Below, piece after piece: positions 10,248-19,035 of a DNA stretch of 64,000 bases (positions within the stretch are counted from its first letter, which is position 1; each line of letters begins with the position of its first letter). Position numbers and translations under genes: made by a program. Origin of the DNA: Klebsiella phage EI; the sequence record MN106245.1. One strand, written 5' to 3'. Below the pieces are notes generated by a model. The model was not told where the DNA came from. It saw only the letters and a program-made list of their open reading frames with translations, and did no database searches.

Positions 10248-11515
10248 TGAAAATAGATCGATTAATTCAAGAAAGTACTTTAACCTCTTCTAATCAGGCC
10301 GGGAGGCCTGATTTACTTTCGTACACCAAAGCAACTAATAAAAGAATCTTTAAGGCCCTCGTAGCAGAACAACGCACTCGTCAACCTGTTGCCGCTTTAT
10401 ATGGTATCAGAGTTCTGAACCCTGAAGATAATATGACTTATGTAGGCGGTGCTACATTCGGTGGTCTTATGGGCCCTGAATCCAGAGCCAATACTCCAGA
10501 ATTCGTCGGCCAGGCACCGTATAATAAAGGTGACTTATTCAAACACGAATCTGTCATCTTTAAAGCTCTTGAAGATAATCCTTTTGCTGGATCTACTGAA
10601 ACCAGTCATGACGAGCTTATTTCTGAAGCTATTGCGGCCGGAACTATCCGCATGGTTTCTGATGCCGCTCCAACTGCACAGTTTGAAGCTGGTCACCCTG
10701 AAATAGCTGAAGCCGGGTTCCGTGTCGATAAATGGCAAACTACGGTTAAATCCCGCAAACTTAAAACTTCTGTTACTGTTGAATTAGCCCAAGATCTAGA
10801 AGCTAATGGATTCGATGCCCCTGATTTCTTAGACGATATGCTAGGTATCCAGATGGCTGAAGAAGTAAACAAAGACATTCTTCAATCGTTGGTTACAGTT
10901 TCTAGTAGGTTTAAAGTTCACGGTGTGTCATCTAAAGGGGTTTTAGACCTTACAGATCCTAAATATGATAACGCCCAGGATCGTGCACGTACGCTGTATT
11001 ACTACATGTGCGAGATGAATTCTGCCGTCCAACGCAATACTTCGTTCGCTGGGACATATGCCGCAGCTAGTTCTCGCTGTGCGGCTATTTTAGCTGCTTC
11101 AGGCTGGGTTGAAAAGCGAGATGACGGTGATGAGTTAGCCTACGGCTATCTGAAGAATGGTCTGCCTCTTTACGCGGATATGAATACGCCGGCAGAATAT
11201 GTTATTGTTGGTGTTAATGCAGATATGGGTGAAGGCCAGACGGTGGCATCATTATATTATGCGCCTTATACTGAAGGTATGGATGTAGAAGATGATATTG
11301 ATCAAATGGGCGAATTCAAGATAGTTGTCGACCCTGATTCTTTACAGCCTACTATTTCTTTACTCGCACGGTATGCTTTGTCTGCTAATCCGTACACTGT
11401 TGCTAAAGATGAAAAAGAAGCTCGAATCATCGATGGTTCTGATATGGATAAGATGGCTGGTCAGAGTCTATTAAGTTCTTACCTCGGCGTTAAGTTACCA
11501 CCGCTCGAGAAATAA
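10247..11515 (+). CDS. second gp24-like head vertex protein (tandem paralog)
   Basis: 422 aa; TAATG overlap with copy 1; shares the internal ...KLKTS(L/V)TVELAQDLEANGFDA... block and a near-identical 3' end (VVDPDSLQPTISL..RYALSANPYTVAKDEKEAR..D...MDKMAGQS). Confidence 0.9.
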   Translation: MKIDRLIQESTLTSSNQAGRPDLLSYTKATNKRIFKALVAEQRTRQPVAALYGIRVLNPEDNMTYVGGATFGGLMGPESRANTPEFVGQAPYNKGDLFKHESVIFKALEDNPFAGSTETSHDELISEAIAAGTIRMVSDAAPTAQFEAGHPEIAEAGFRVDKWQTTVKSRKLKTSVTVELAQDLEANGFDAPDFLDDMLGIQMAEEVNKDILQSLVTVSSRFKVHGVSSKGVLDLTDPKYDNAQDRARTLYYYMCEMNSAVQRNTSFAGTYAAASSRCAAILAASGWVEKRDDGDELAYGYLKNGLPLYADMNTPAEYVIVGVNADMGEGQTVASLYYAPYTEGMDVEDDIDQMGEFKIVVDPDSLQPTISLLARYALSANPYTVAKDEKEARIIDGSDMDKMAGQSLLSSYLGVKLPPLEK

Positions 11516-11519
11516 AAAT

Positions 11520-11545
11520 GGGAGCCATAAGGCTCCCTTATAAAT
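11520..11545. terminator. bidirectional terminator hairpin between the gp24 paralog (+) and the DprA-like gene (-)
   Basis: gggagcc-ataa-ggctccc stem-loop flanked by A/T runs on both sides. Confidence 0.65.
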
Positions 11546-12083
11546 TAAAAATATCAAACTTTGGCCTATATTTGTCTTCGAATTTTTTAAATACTTCTGA
11601 ATTGTTCAGATTAATACATTTAATACCATACTTTTTAGCTATATCAACTGCAACTCTAGTTCCGCCTTGAACTCTGCCATTTCTAACCGGGGCCCAGTAT
11701 AAAACTAAATCCACAGGGTTTTGACATGATAATCCAAAAACTTGACATGCATTACGAGCAAACAACTTTCTAACTATATCTGAGCAATTTTCCCAGTACG
11801 AGGTAACTGATTGGGCTATTCTATAACTAGCTGTTTGAACGTCCACTGGTAAGTTTTCAAAACTTACAACCCCTAAGCCAACAAAATGGCCACAGAACCC
11901 GTTGTAAGGTATTATCCTCAGAGATTTAGACCTATCATATTTTGCCAGCCAAGCTTCATCTGAACCAGGCGCTCCGCCACTATAAGCTAAATATCCTTTA
12001 TTTGAAAAGTTTTCACCTATAGATGTCATCAAATCAAGAACTTTGCGGGGCGCCTTTCGAGAACCAATCAGCGCCACTCTCAT
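11538..12083 (-). CDS. DprA/Smf-like (SLOG-superfamily) Rossmann-fold protein
   Basis: 181 aa; VALIGSRKAP...YSGGAPGSDEAW...ARN...GGTRVAVDIA resembles the DprA Rossmann domain layout (GS-R, GxxG-D-A glycine loop, RN motif); its ATG overlaps the rnlB stop (TAATG). Confidence 0.5.
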   Translation of the reverse strand: MRVALIGSRKAPRKVLDLMTSIGENFSNKGYLAYSGGAPGSDEAWLAKYDRSKSLRIIPYNGFCGHFVGLGVVSFENLPVDVQTASYRIAQSVTSYWENCSDIVRKLFARNACQVFGLSCQNPVDLVLYWAPVRNGRVQGGTRVAVDIAKKYGIKCINLNNSEVFKKFEDKYRPKFDIFNL

Positions 12084-13081
12084 TAATTACTTACCAATTC
12101 AAACCACGCCGGACGAAGCACGTCTTGTATCAGCTTAGTAATTTCTTTCTTCACGATATCAGGCTGTTCTGCTTGAATGACTTCAAGACCTTCTCGTTCA
12201 GCTTCAATAAGGATATCTTGAACTGTTAAGCCCATAACCTTTCCAAAGTCTTTAGGACCAACCTTACCGATCTTACTAATAACGTTGTTCACACGCTGAA
12301 TAGTAACGTATTCAGAGAATTTCTGCAGAACGTCTTGGTCAATTTCACTCAGAACAGCTTTAGGCTTAATAGGCTTATCAGATTTAGCTTTTTCGCTGAA
12401 CTTAGAGTTCTTACACTTGATAGCCACACGACTGCCGTTAGCCAGGAACCGTGGATAATTAGGTTTCAGTACATAGCCTTCAGCCGTATTATCGGTGGCT
12501 TCTTCAGCCGGCCAGATGCGGGTATTAGCATTTCTGAGGTCTACTTCTGCGGCTTCGTTGTAACGATTAACGTTAATCTGGAACTCATTAGGCAGTTTAA
12601 TCAGTTCATCAAATGAACCACGACCCATCAGAGGTGCAACCTTGAAACCAAAGGTGCAACACATCTGTTCCATCATAAAATCATCTACAAATTGATGAGT
12701 ACCTTTATCGGTTTTAACCAAGATATCAAAGACATAGAAATCTTTCTCGCCGTAATCAACACCTTTCTGGATACCGCCACCAGCGAATTCACCGAAGATC
12801 TGCATACTAGAGCCTTCTTTAATTGTATTTTGTACGGCTTTAATAGAGTCGTTATATTTCTTTAAAATAACAGTGTACCCAAAGAAGTCTTCAGCTGGAA
12901 GAATAGGACCTGTGCGCTTCGCGCATGTGACTGCATCACGTTCAATGATAATAGAAAAGTTGGTACCATGAATCTTTTCACGTGCACACCAGCCTTCAGT
13001 TACATCATAGCCGTGGTGTCGAATCTTTTCAATAAATTTATTATTGTAGTGGTTCTCAAGACTAGAATATTTCTCAAACAC
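12083..13081 (-). CDS. rnlB: RNA ligase 2 (RnlB)
   Basis: 332 aa; [19 protein letters not shown]...[35 protein letters not shown]... is near-identical to T4 Rnl2, including the ligase KxHG motif I. Confidence 0.95.
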   Translation of the reverse strand: MFEKYSSLENHYNNKFIEKIRHHGYDVTEGWCAREKIHGTNFSIIIERDAVTCAKRTGPILPAEDFFGYTVILKKYNDSIKAVQNTIKEGSSMQIFGEFAGGGIQKGVDYGEKDFYVFDILVKTDKGTHQFVDDFMMEQMCCTFGFKVAPLMGRGSFDELIKLPNEFQINVNRYNEAAEVDLRNANTRIWPAEEATDNTAEGYVLKPNYPRFLANGSRVAIKCKNSKFSEKAKSDKPIKPKAVLSEIDQDVLQKFSEYVTIQRVNNVISKIGKVGPKDFGKVMGLTVQDILIEAEREGLEVIQAEQPDIVKKEITKLIQDVLRPAWFELVSN

Positions 13082-13195
13082 ATTTCACCTCTAAATATCA
13101 GAACAAACATAATTAAAAGAGTAAAGACTTCTACCGCCAGTACTCTTAGCTTAAACCCATTATACCGAATATATCACAAAAATTTTTAAAGCATA

Positions 13196-13306
13196 TTAGA
13201 ATGTAATTTCTACCCAGTCACCGTCTCGTTGATCATGCTTCCAATTAACTACCACACCATCGTCTTGCATCCATTTAATCAGCTGGTCTTTATATTTCTT
13301 TGCCAT
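13196..13306 (-). CDS. possible small ORF (36 aa, MAKKYKDQLIKWMQDDGVV...)
   Basis: Fills the rnlB-upstream gap with a coding-like sequence; no clear RBS. Confidence 0.2.
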   Translation of the reverse strand: MAKKYKDQLIKWMQDDGVVVNWKHDQRDGDWVEITF

Positions 13307-13322
13307 TGAGGATGGATACCAA

Positions 13323-13559
13323 TTAAACTTGGCGTTTGCCTTTCAGAGCATGAGTTTTAAATTCCAGTTCAACTTCGTCTTTGGCTTTTTTCAATTCAGT
13401 AGTAGCGACAGAGTCCGCCAGGGCACCATAGTGTTCTACTAATGTAGAAACACGTGGCTCGTTAACGAGTGCCTTCAGGCCGCCAATAGGTTGCCCTGAT
13501 TCGTCCCATCCTTGAATACGTCGAGATTTTAGATCCGGTTGAAATGCAGAATCATGCAT
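13323..13559 (-). CDS. hypothetical protein (78 aa)
   Basis: ORF in operon context between hoc and rnlB (T4 24.2/24.3 position). Confidence 0.45.
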   Translation of the reverse strand: MHDSAFQPDLKSRRIQGWDESGQPIGGLKALVNEPRVSTLVEHYGALADSVATTELKKAKDEVELEFKTHALKGKRQV

Positions 13560-13782
13560 TATAACACCTCATTTTTTCAACTAATTTAGTATGGTCTGTA
13601 ATAAGCCGTTTACGATAAATTACTCTTTCTCGAGCCTTGGCTCGCTCTCTGGCTTTTTCGACTTTTATCCATTCCTGCATAGCTTCTTTAGCACTGATAC
13701 CAAACTGTTTAGCGATATCAATAAAACTAGTACCAGTTTCATGCATCATATGAATCTTTAATGCTTGCATGGTTAGCTCCAC
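13552..13782 (-). CDS. hypothetical small protein with a helix-turn-helix-like segment (76 aa)
   Basis: ...TSFIDIAKQFGISAKEAMQEW... looks like an HTH; overlaps the downstream ORF by 8 nt. Confidence 0.45.
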   Translation of the reverse strand: MELTMQALKIHMMHETGTSFIDIAKQFGISAKEAMQEWIKVEKARERAKARERVIYRKRLITDHTKLVEKMRCYNA

Positions 13783-13849
13783 TTAGTGATGTTGAGGTTA
13801 TTAAATCATAAAAATTTTAAAGCTAACTCTGGAGCCTTTAGATGCCAAT

Positions 13850-13867
13850 GTGGGGCCGAAGCCCCAC
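13850..13867 (-). terminator. UUCG-tetraloop hairpin (on the - strand transcript) downstream of hoc
   Basis: + strand gtggggc-cgaa-gccccac, so the - strand RNA reads gtggggc-uucg-gccccac. Confidence 0.5.
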
Positions 13868-13889
13868 TATCAATAGATATAGTCGTAGA

Positions 13890-14696
13890 TTATTCCAACA
13901 TCAAGAGCGGACCGGTGAACAAAACACGTCCATTTCTAGATTCTTGGACATCGACTTCAGGGTACTCTTCTAGCATTTTAGCCAGAGTATACCGATGCAG
14001 GTAATAATCACTGTCAGGGTCGTCGAGTTTCCAATCTTTGCCCTCAACAGTCATTCGCTGGATTTCATCCATTACCCACCATCCACACCGGATATAGGCT
14101 GTTCCACGGAACGGTAGAGGATGAATATATGGAAGTTCTCCGTCTGGCTCAGGGGCTACTCTTTTAGTAAAAGCAACAGCAATACCTTTAGTCGCGGTTC
14201 CATTATTATAATCCGGCGCAGAAACCTTTACTTCACAATTAAGTGTGTAGCTAGTTTCCGCTGATTCAGTTAAGGTAATTGTTTTACCTGTTTGGCCTGC
14301 AATAACAGTAGTACCACGTTTCCACACGTAAGCAATGCTTGCTCCAGCCGGCGCCCCGCTAACATCCGCTGTAACTACTTGAGATTGGCCAATTTCTTTA
14401 GAAACTGAAGTTGGGCTCAAAGTTAAAGTAATAGCAGGCATGGTTTTGTTCTTAACCGTCAGAGTAGTTTCTGCTTCGGCCGTTTCAGGATCGCCTTCAG
14501 CCGGAGTGACGGTAGCAACTACTTTAATAGTCTTACTACCTGCAGGTCCTGCAGCAACATACTTCATAGCTGCAGTAACAGAAGATTGCTTTACACCATT
14601 TACAGTCCACACAAATGATTCTGTACCTTCGACAGCAGCACCAGACGTGGTTGCAGTAAAATTAGTTGTGGCCCCAATGACTGCTGAAGCAGCCAA
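13890..14696 (-). CDS. hoc: head outer capsid protein Hoc (shorter than T4 Hoc; start codon uncertain)
   Basis: C-terminal capsid-binding domain ...APEPDGELPYIHPLPFRGTAYIRCGWWVMDEIQRMTVEGKDWKLDDPDSDYYLHRYTL...YPEVDVQESRNG... is near-identical to T4 Hoc; upstream are Ig-like repeats (KTIKVVATVTPAEGDPETAEAETTLTVKNKT). No in-frame ATG near the 5' end; TTG at 14696, and the frame stays open to 14738. Confidence 0.85.
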   Translation of the reverse strand: MAASAVIGATTNFTATTSGAAVEGTESFVWTVNGVKQSSVTAAMKYVAAGPAGSKTIKVVATVTPAEGDPETAEAETTLTVKNKTMPAITLTLSPTSVSKEIGQSQVVTADVSGAPAGASIAYVWKRGTTVIAGQTGKTITLTESAETSYTLNCEVKVSAPDYNNGTATKGIAVAFTKRVAPEPDGELPYIHPLPFRGTAYIRCGWWVMDEIQRMTVEGKDWKLDDPDSDYYLHRYTLAKMLEEYPEVDVQESRNGRVLFTGPLLMLE

Positions 14697-14733
14697 AGGA
14701 GCAATAGATACGCCTATAAGCCATAGTCGGTCC

Positions 14734-15453
14734 TTATTTTAAAGTTACAAACGAAGAATTACGGGTTTCACGAATCATAATAGATCCGTTTCTTTTGATG
14801 TAATAAATTAAACTAAACAGTGTCTGGTGTGCACTAGGGTGTGGGAAGCTGGTAGGTCTTGATTTCCAATCAGGCGTATCTTTAATCCACTTATAAATCC
14901 ACCACGGTAAAGTCACATACCCTGGATTTCGGCCCATCAGAATAAAATGAGGACTAAAGTTTTCTGGTAGTTCAAAAGTAGTTTCGTCAGCGATAATTTT
15001 AGATACGGCTTCTTCAAAGGTATTTTCAGAAAGCTTAGCCTTGGGTTCGGAGAATTCACCTATAGGCGCCTCAATATGAATAGCTTTTTCTTCAATAACT
15101 GATTGATCTTGAACGGGTTCTTTGATTTCGTGAATAGATACAGGAATTTCCGGAGAATCAAATAACAGTTTAGCTTCGGGCTTAGCTTCATCATCACCAA
15201 GTACAAAGTCGTTCTTGCCTTCAAGTTCATCATCAGCGGCAATAAGGTCACTGATACTCAGACCTTCGTTATCTTCTGGCATAGGCTCTTCGGCCATCTT
15301 TTTAAAAGCTGCTTCGATATCTAAGACCAGATTTTCAAAGCCTTTACTCTTTTTCAGTTGGATATTAAATCCTTCGGCATATTCAATAAGTTTGGATTTG
15401 GCTTCTTTTTTATTTTCAAGACCACGAAGGTCATCAATATATTGTTTATCCAT
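14734..15453 (-). CDS. inh: Inh-like protein (inhibitor of prohead protease), by position and size
   Basis: 239 aa ORF directly upstream of hoc on the same strand, as inh is in T4; preceded by a - strand late promoter. Confidence 0.55.
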   Translation of the reverse strand: MDKQYIDDLRGLENKKEAKSKLIEYAEGFNIQLKKSKGFENLVLDIEAAFKKMAEEPMPEDNEGLSISDLIAADDELEGKNDFVLGDDEAKPEAKLLFDSPEIPVSIHEIKEPVQDQSVIEEKAIHIEAPIGEFSEPKAKLSENTFEEAVSKIIADETTFELPENFSPHFILMGRNPGYVTLPWWIYKWIKDTPDWKSRPTSFPHPSAHQTLFSLIYYIKRNGSIMIRETRNSSFVTLK

Positions 15454-15474
15454 AGTGTCTCTCTCTTTCTAGTG

Positions 15475-15482
15475 TATAAATA
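15475..15482 (+). promoter_or_regulatory. late promoter TATAAATA for uvsW
   Basis: Exact TATAAATA 31 nt before the uvsW ATG. Confidence 0.55.
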
Positions 15483-15488
15483 TGTATG

Positions 15489-15496
15489 TATTTATA
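15489..15496 (-). promoter_or_regulatory. divergent late promoter TATAAATA (- strand) for inh/hoc
   Basis: TATTTATA on the + strand equals TATAAATA on the - strand, 36 nt upstream of the inh start. Confidence 0.5.
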
Positions 15497-15512
15497 ACTG
15501 AGGCTATACGCT

Positions 15513-17012
15513 GTGGACATCAAATTAAAATTTCATGATTTTAGTCACGTTCTGGTTGAATGCGATGAAGGCATCTTCTATGAACTAAGAGACTTTTTCT
15601 CCTTCGAAGCAGAAGGCTATAAGTTTAATCCAAAATTTCGTTATGGACAGTGGGACGGGCGTATTCGTCTATTAGGTTATGACAGATTACTCCCCTTTGG
15701 ACTGGTGAACCAGGTACAGAAATTCGCCAACAACATGGGATATAAAGTTCATGCCGACCCTATGATTTTTGAAAAAGAAGAAATCACTCAAGAATCTTTT
15801 GATAAATGGCTCGATTCTAAAGAAATCTATTCTGGATTGACTAAGATTACACCTCATTGGTACCAGAAAGAAGCCGTGTTTAAGGGTCTTAAAGAAAGAC
15901 GTGCTCTGTTGAATTTACCTACATCGGCAGGTAAATCATTGATTCAGGCGCTCCTGAGTCGTTATTACGTAGAGAACTACGAAGGTAAAATTCTGATAAT
16001 TGTTCCTACTACCGCCCTTGTCGACCAAATGATCGATGACTTCTGTGATTATCGCCTGTTCAAAAGAGACAATATGCTTGGTATCAGAAGTGGTACTAAG
16101 AAAGATTCTTCTGCAGTGGTTTATGTTAGTACTTGGCAGACTGCTATTAAACAACCTAAAGAATGGTTCAGCCAGTTTGGTCTTATGATGAATGATGAAT
16201 GCCATCTTGCGACAGGTAAATCTATCTCTACCATTATCGCCGGGTTAAATAACTGTATGTTCAAATTCGGACTTTCCGGTTCTTTGAAAGACGGCAAAGC
16301 TAATTTGATGCAGTACCAAGGTCTGTTTGGTGATATCTTTAAACCGGTATCAACTTCACAGTTGATGGAAGAAGGCGCTGTTACTGAACTTAAAATTAAC
16401 GCTATCAGACTTCGGTATCCAGATAACATTACTGTTGCTTTGAAAGGTAAAACTTACCAAGAAGAGATTAAATATATCACTTCAGTTAAACGCCGTAATA
16501 AATGGATTGCAAATCTGGCTGTTAAATTAGCTAATAAAAACCAAAACGCCTTCGTGATGTTCAAGAACATCAGCCATGGCAAAGAATTATTCCAGATGAT
16601 TAAAGACCTTGGACACGACAAAATATTCTATGTATCTGGTGAAATTGATACAGATACTCGTACTGCTCTTAAAAAGATTGCAGAAAACGAAGCCGGAATT
16701 ATTGTTGTCGCATCGTACGGCGTATTCTCTACCGGAATCAGTATTAAGAATCTACACCATGTTATTTTAGCGCACGGTGTTAAATCAAAGATTATCGTAC
16801 TTCAGACTATCGGTCGAGTACTTCGTAAGCATGGCTCTAAAGATGTAGCAACGGTTTGGGACATCATCGATGACTGCGGTGTTAAACCTAAATCTGCCAA
16901 TGCCAAAAAGACTTACACTCATATTAACTATTTGCTCAAACATGGCTTAGAACGTATCCAGCGTTATGCTGATGAGAAATTCGATTACGTCATGAAACTT
17001 GTCGAACTCTAA
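15513..17012 (+). CDS. uvsW: UvsW SF2 DNA helicase
   Basis: 499 aa; Walker A ...LNLPTSAGKS..., DEC H box ...MMNDECHLATGK...; overall matches T4 UvsW. Confidence 0.95.
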   Translation: MDIKLKFHDFSHVLVECDEGIFYELRDFFSFEAEGYKFNPKFRYGQWDGRIRLLGYDRLLPFGLVNQVQKFANNMGYKVHADPMIFEKEEITQESFDKWLDSKEIYSGLTKITPHWYQKEAVFKGLKERRALLNLPTSAGKSLIQALLSRYYVENYEGKILIIVPTTALVDQMIDDFCDYRLFKRDNMLGIRSGTKKDSSAVVYVSTWQTAIKQPKEWFSQFGLMMNDECHLATGKSISTIIAGLNNCMFKFGLSGSLKDGKANLMQYQGLFGDIFKPVSTSQLMEEGAVTELKINAIRLRYPDNITVALKGKTYQEEIKYITSVKRRNKWIANLAVKLANKNQNAFVMFKNISHGKELFQMIKDLGHDKIFYVSGEIDTDTRTALKKIAENEAGIIVVASYGVFSTGISIKNLHHVILAHGVKSKIIVLQTIGRVLRKHGSKDVATVWDIIDDCGVKPKSANAKKTYTHINYLLKHGLERIQRYADEKFDYVMKLVEL

Positions 17013-17021
17013 GGACCCACT

Positions 17022-17249
17022 ATGGACTTTAAACAATTTTTATACGAAGCCGCCATTGAAGATTTTATGTCTAAAGTAAACTCTTGCCGGACCCTTGATG
17101 GCCTTAATGAGTTGGAAAAATATTACAAGAAGCGTGTAAAAGAAGCTGATTTGAAAGATTCTGATGATATCACTATCCGTGATGCTTTGGCCGGTAAACG
17201 CGCAGAACTGGAATCAATAGATTCTGATGAGGAAGAAGAAAACTTCTAA
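17022..17249 (+). CDS. uvsW.1: UvsW.1 small acidic protein
   Basis: 75 aa ORF immediately after uvsW, the size and position of T4 UvsW.1. Confidence 0.75.
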   Translation: MDFKQFLYEAAIEDFMSKVNSCRTLDGLNELEKYYKKRVKEADLKDSDDITIRDALAGKRAELESIDSDEEEENF

Positions 17250-17310
17250 TCTCTAGATACAAAAAAGGCCCTCCATACGGAGAGCCAAGAATAACCAATA
17301 AGGTTACACA

Positions 17311-17475
17311 CTAGATTAAAAGCTGCACTTCGTTAAGTTGCTGTTCTGTATCCTCAGTAACTGGCATCTCAACTGCATGATTATAGCATTGACCGGGATG
17401 AACCGGACCTTTGTCTGATTGAACAACCAATACATCATCGATTGGAGTCTTACAGACGACACAAATACACGACAT
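17311..17475 (-). CDS. small Cys-rich protein (54 aa, MSCICVVCKTPIDD...PGQCYNH...), uvsY.-2 position
   Basis: Strong RBS GAGGAGACAAC-ATG; CxxC...C..H arrangement suggests a zinc-binding mini-protein; it is below the 60-aa cutoff of the ORF track. Confidence 0.55.
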   Translation of the reverse strand: MSCICVVCKTPIDDVLVVQSDKGPVHPGQCYNHAVEMPVTEDTEQQLNEVQLLI

Positions 17476-17505
17476 GGTTGTCTCCTCTGTTAATAAACTT
17501 ATTTA

Positions 17506-17925
17506 TTAAGCTTCACCTGCTTCGAATTTACGAAGATCAATAATTGCTTTTATTGCGAATCCTCGGGCTTTAATAGCATCCATAGCATCACTACAGAACT
17601 CAAGCAGAATACCCCAGTACTGAAGTTTGGTTTCAGTTCCTAAGATAGTTTCGTCGGCAGCCATTACAGTTTTTAGTTCAGACTTCTCATACGAATCCAT
17701 ACACACTTCTTCGCCAGGCTCTACACGTCCCGTGTAGTAATCAAGCCTTTTCTTCATAGCTTGTTTCTTCATGGCTTCAATACGGAGCATTTCTTTACGA
17801 CATATAGAGTGCTTACGTACCCACCGCCCGTAGACAACAGGATTATTGGCAGCTTCATACTGAAGTTTTGTCTGGTCAATAACTAAATCCCGGTCTAATT
17901 CATCTTGTAAATCTTCCAACTTCAT
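17506..17925 (-). CDS. uvsY: UvsY recombination mediator
   Basis: 139 aa; MKLEDLQDEL...KLQYEAANN...EMLRIEA.KK...RLDYY.GR...QYWGILLEFCS.A.DAIK.RGFAIK.I... matches T4 UvsY. Confidence 0.95.
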   Translation of the reverse strand: MKLEDLQDELDRDLVIDQTKLQYEAANNPVVYGRWVRKHSICRKEMLRIEAMKKQAMKKRLDYYTGRVEPGEEVCMDSYEKSELKTVMAADETILGTETKLQYWGILLEFCSDAMDAIKARGFAIKAIIDLRKFEAGEA

Positions 17926-17969
17926 TTAATCACCAATCTCAATTTAAAGGACCTAAACCATTATACACA

Positions 17970-18362
17970 CTATTGACGAGAAGCACGTAATTTGATCTTG
18001 ATGCGTTCTAAGACATCTGGGTCGTCGACGATAGAAAACATCACCGTAACGACTACAGCATTATCATCATATAGCGCCAAGACCTCAACACGTAGACGTT
18101 CTACCCGTGGCTCGTAGGTTTGGATGGCCGATACAATATTACGCTGGATAGTATCAGCAGTTAATGGGGTCATGTTTTCGAACAACTCATCCGAAAGGCT
18201 ACACCCAAAGTCTGGATTGAAAGGGCGACTGCCCTTTCTTGTGGTGATAATTCCTAAGATGCTGTTTTTTACTGCCCTTGCGCCTACAGTTCTTGCAACG
18301 TCTTTATCCCAGGCCATTCTAAGGTCCGGGTCTAAGTCAGAATACATGGTGTCTATATTCAT
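17970..18362 (-). CDS. 25: baseplate wedge protein gp25
   Basis: 130 aa; ...YSDLDPDL...WDKDVAR..G.R..KNS.LGIITTRKGSRPFNPDFGC.LSD.LFENMTPLTADT..RNI... matches T4 gp25. Confidence 0.95.
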   Translation of the reverse strand: MNIDTMYSDLDPDLRMAWDKDVARTVGARAVKNSILGIITTRKGSRPFNPDFGCSLSDELFENMTPLTADTIQRNIVSAIQTYEPRVERLRVEVLALYDDNAVVVTVMFSIVDDPDVLERIKIKLRASRQ

Positions 18363-18985
18363 TGGATAACCTTAAAGAACTCTTTGAGTCCGGTAATTTG
18401 GTGTACATGATTCTTCCCACACTTGCAAGAAATAGGAACTGCCAGCTGTATCTGTGGCTTCAGTAGCATATCTTTTATTTTCAGGACATCTTCGGTAGTT
18501 ATAGCAGAATAAAGGTCATCTATCTCTTGGTCTGATAAATCGTCAACAAAGATCTGCTCACCGTTAACAATAATGTAATCGATAGATTTAGCTATCATTA
18601 AAGCAATATCATTATCATCAAATAATTCAGGGTATTTGAACTGGATACGAAGTTCGCCTATGGAATACAAGAGATCGCTAGAGCCCATGATTTGAATACG
18701 GTTAGTATTAATTGGCACGTCGATTTCGTTGCCACACTCGCACACCCAGGTGGCTGTATGATTAACTTCACCTAATGAATGGGCCCACAGATTAACTAGA
18801 AGAAGTTCGGATTCATGTTTATTTAAGCCTTTAGCATTAGTACAATCTTTAATCAGCTGCTTAATCGTTTTATCAAGAACCTTATCAGCTTTAGCTTTTA
18901 TAAGATTCAAATATTCTTCTAGTGTAAACGCTCGGCAAGAAATATTTTTGCCATTTATAGTTAGGTCAAAATTATAAGTTGTCAT
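18359..18985 (-). CDS. 26: baseplate hub subunit gp26
   Basis: 208 aa, the T4 gp26 length; overlaps the gp25 start; preceded by a - strand late promoter. Confidence 0.85.
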   Translation of the reverse strand: MTTYNFDLTINGKNISCRAFTLEEYLNLIKAKADKVLDKTIKQLIKDCTNAKGLNKHESELLLVNLWAHSLGEVNHTATWVCECGNEIDVPINTNRIQIMGSSDLLYSIGELRIQFKYPELFDDNDIALMIAKSIDYIIVNGEQIFVDDLSDQEIDDLYSAITTEDVLKIKDMLLKPQIQLAVPISCKCGKNHVHQITGLKEFFKVIQ

Positions 18986-19001
18986 ATGTTACCTCTAGAC
19001 G

Positions 19002-19013
19002 TATTTATAAATA
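19002..19013. promoter_or_regulatory. palindromic divergent late promoters TATTTATAAATA (TATAAATA on both strands) between genes 26 and 51
   Basis: + strand TATAAATA at 19006-19013 lies 23 nt before the gp51 ATG; - strand TATAAATA at 19002-19009 lies 17 nt before the gp26 ATG. Confidence 0.6.
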
Positions 19014-19035
19014 CAATAAAATAAGAGGACTCCCT

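Noticed and set aside
18979-19035. ORF-track start of gp51 at 18979 (extra 19 codons MSYVTSRRIYKYNKIRGLP)
   Set aside because: The extension overlaps the gp26 start and runs through the palindromic late promoter; the internal MANIV start has a strong RBS and matches the T4 gp51 N-terminus
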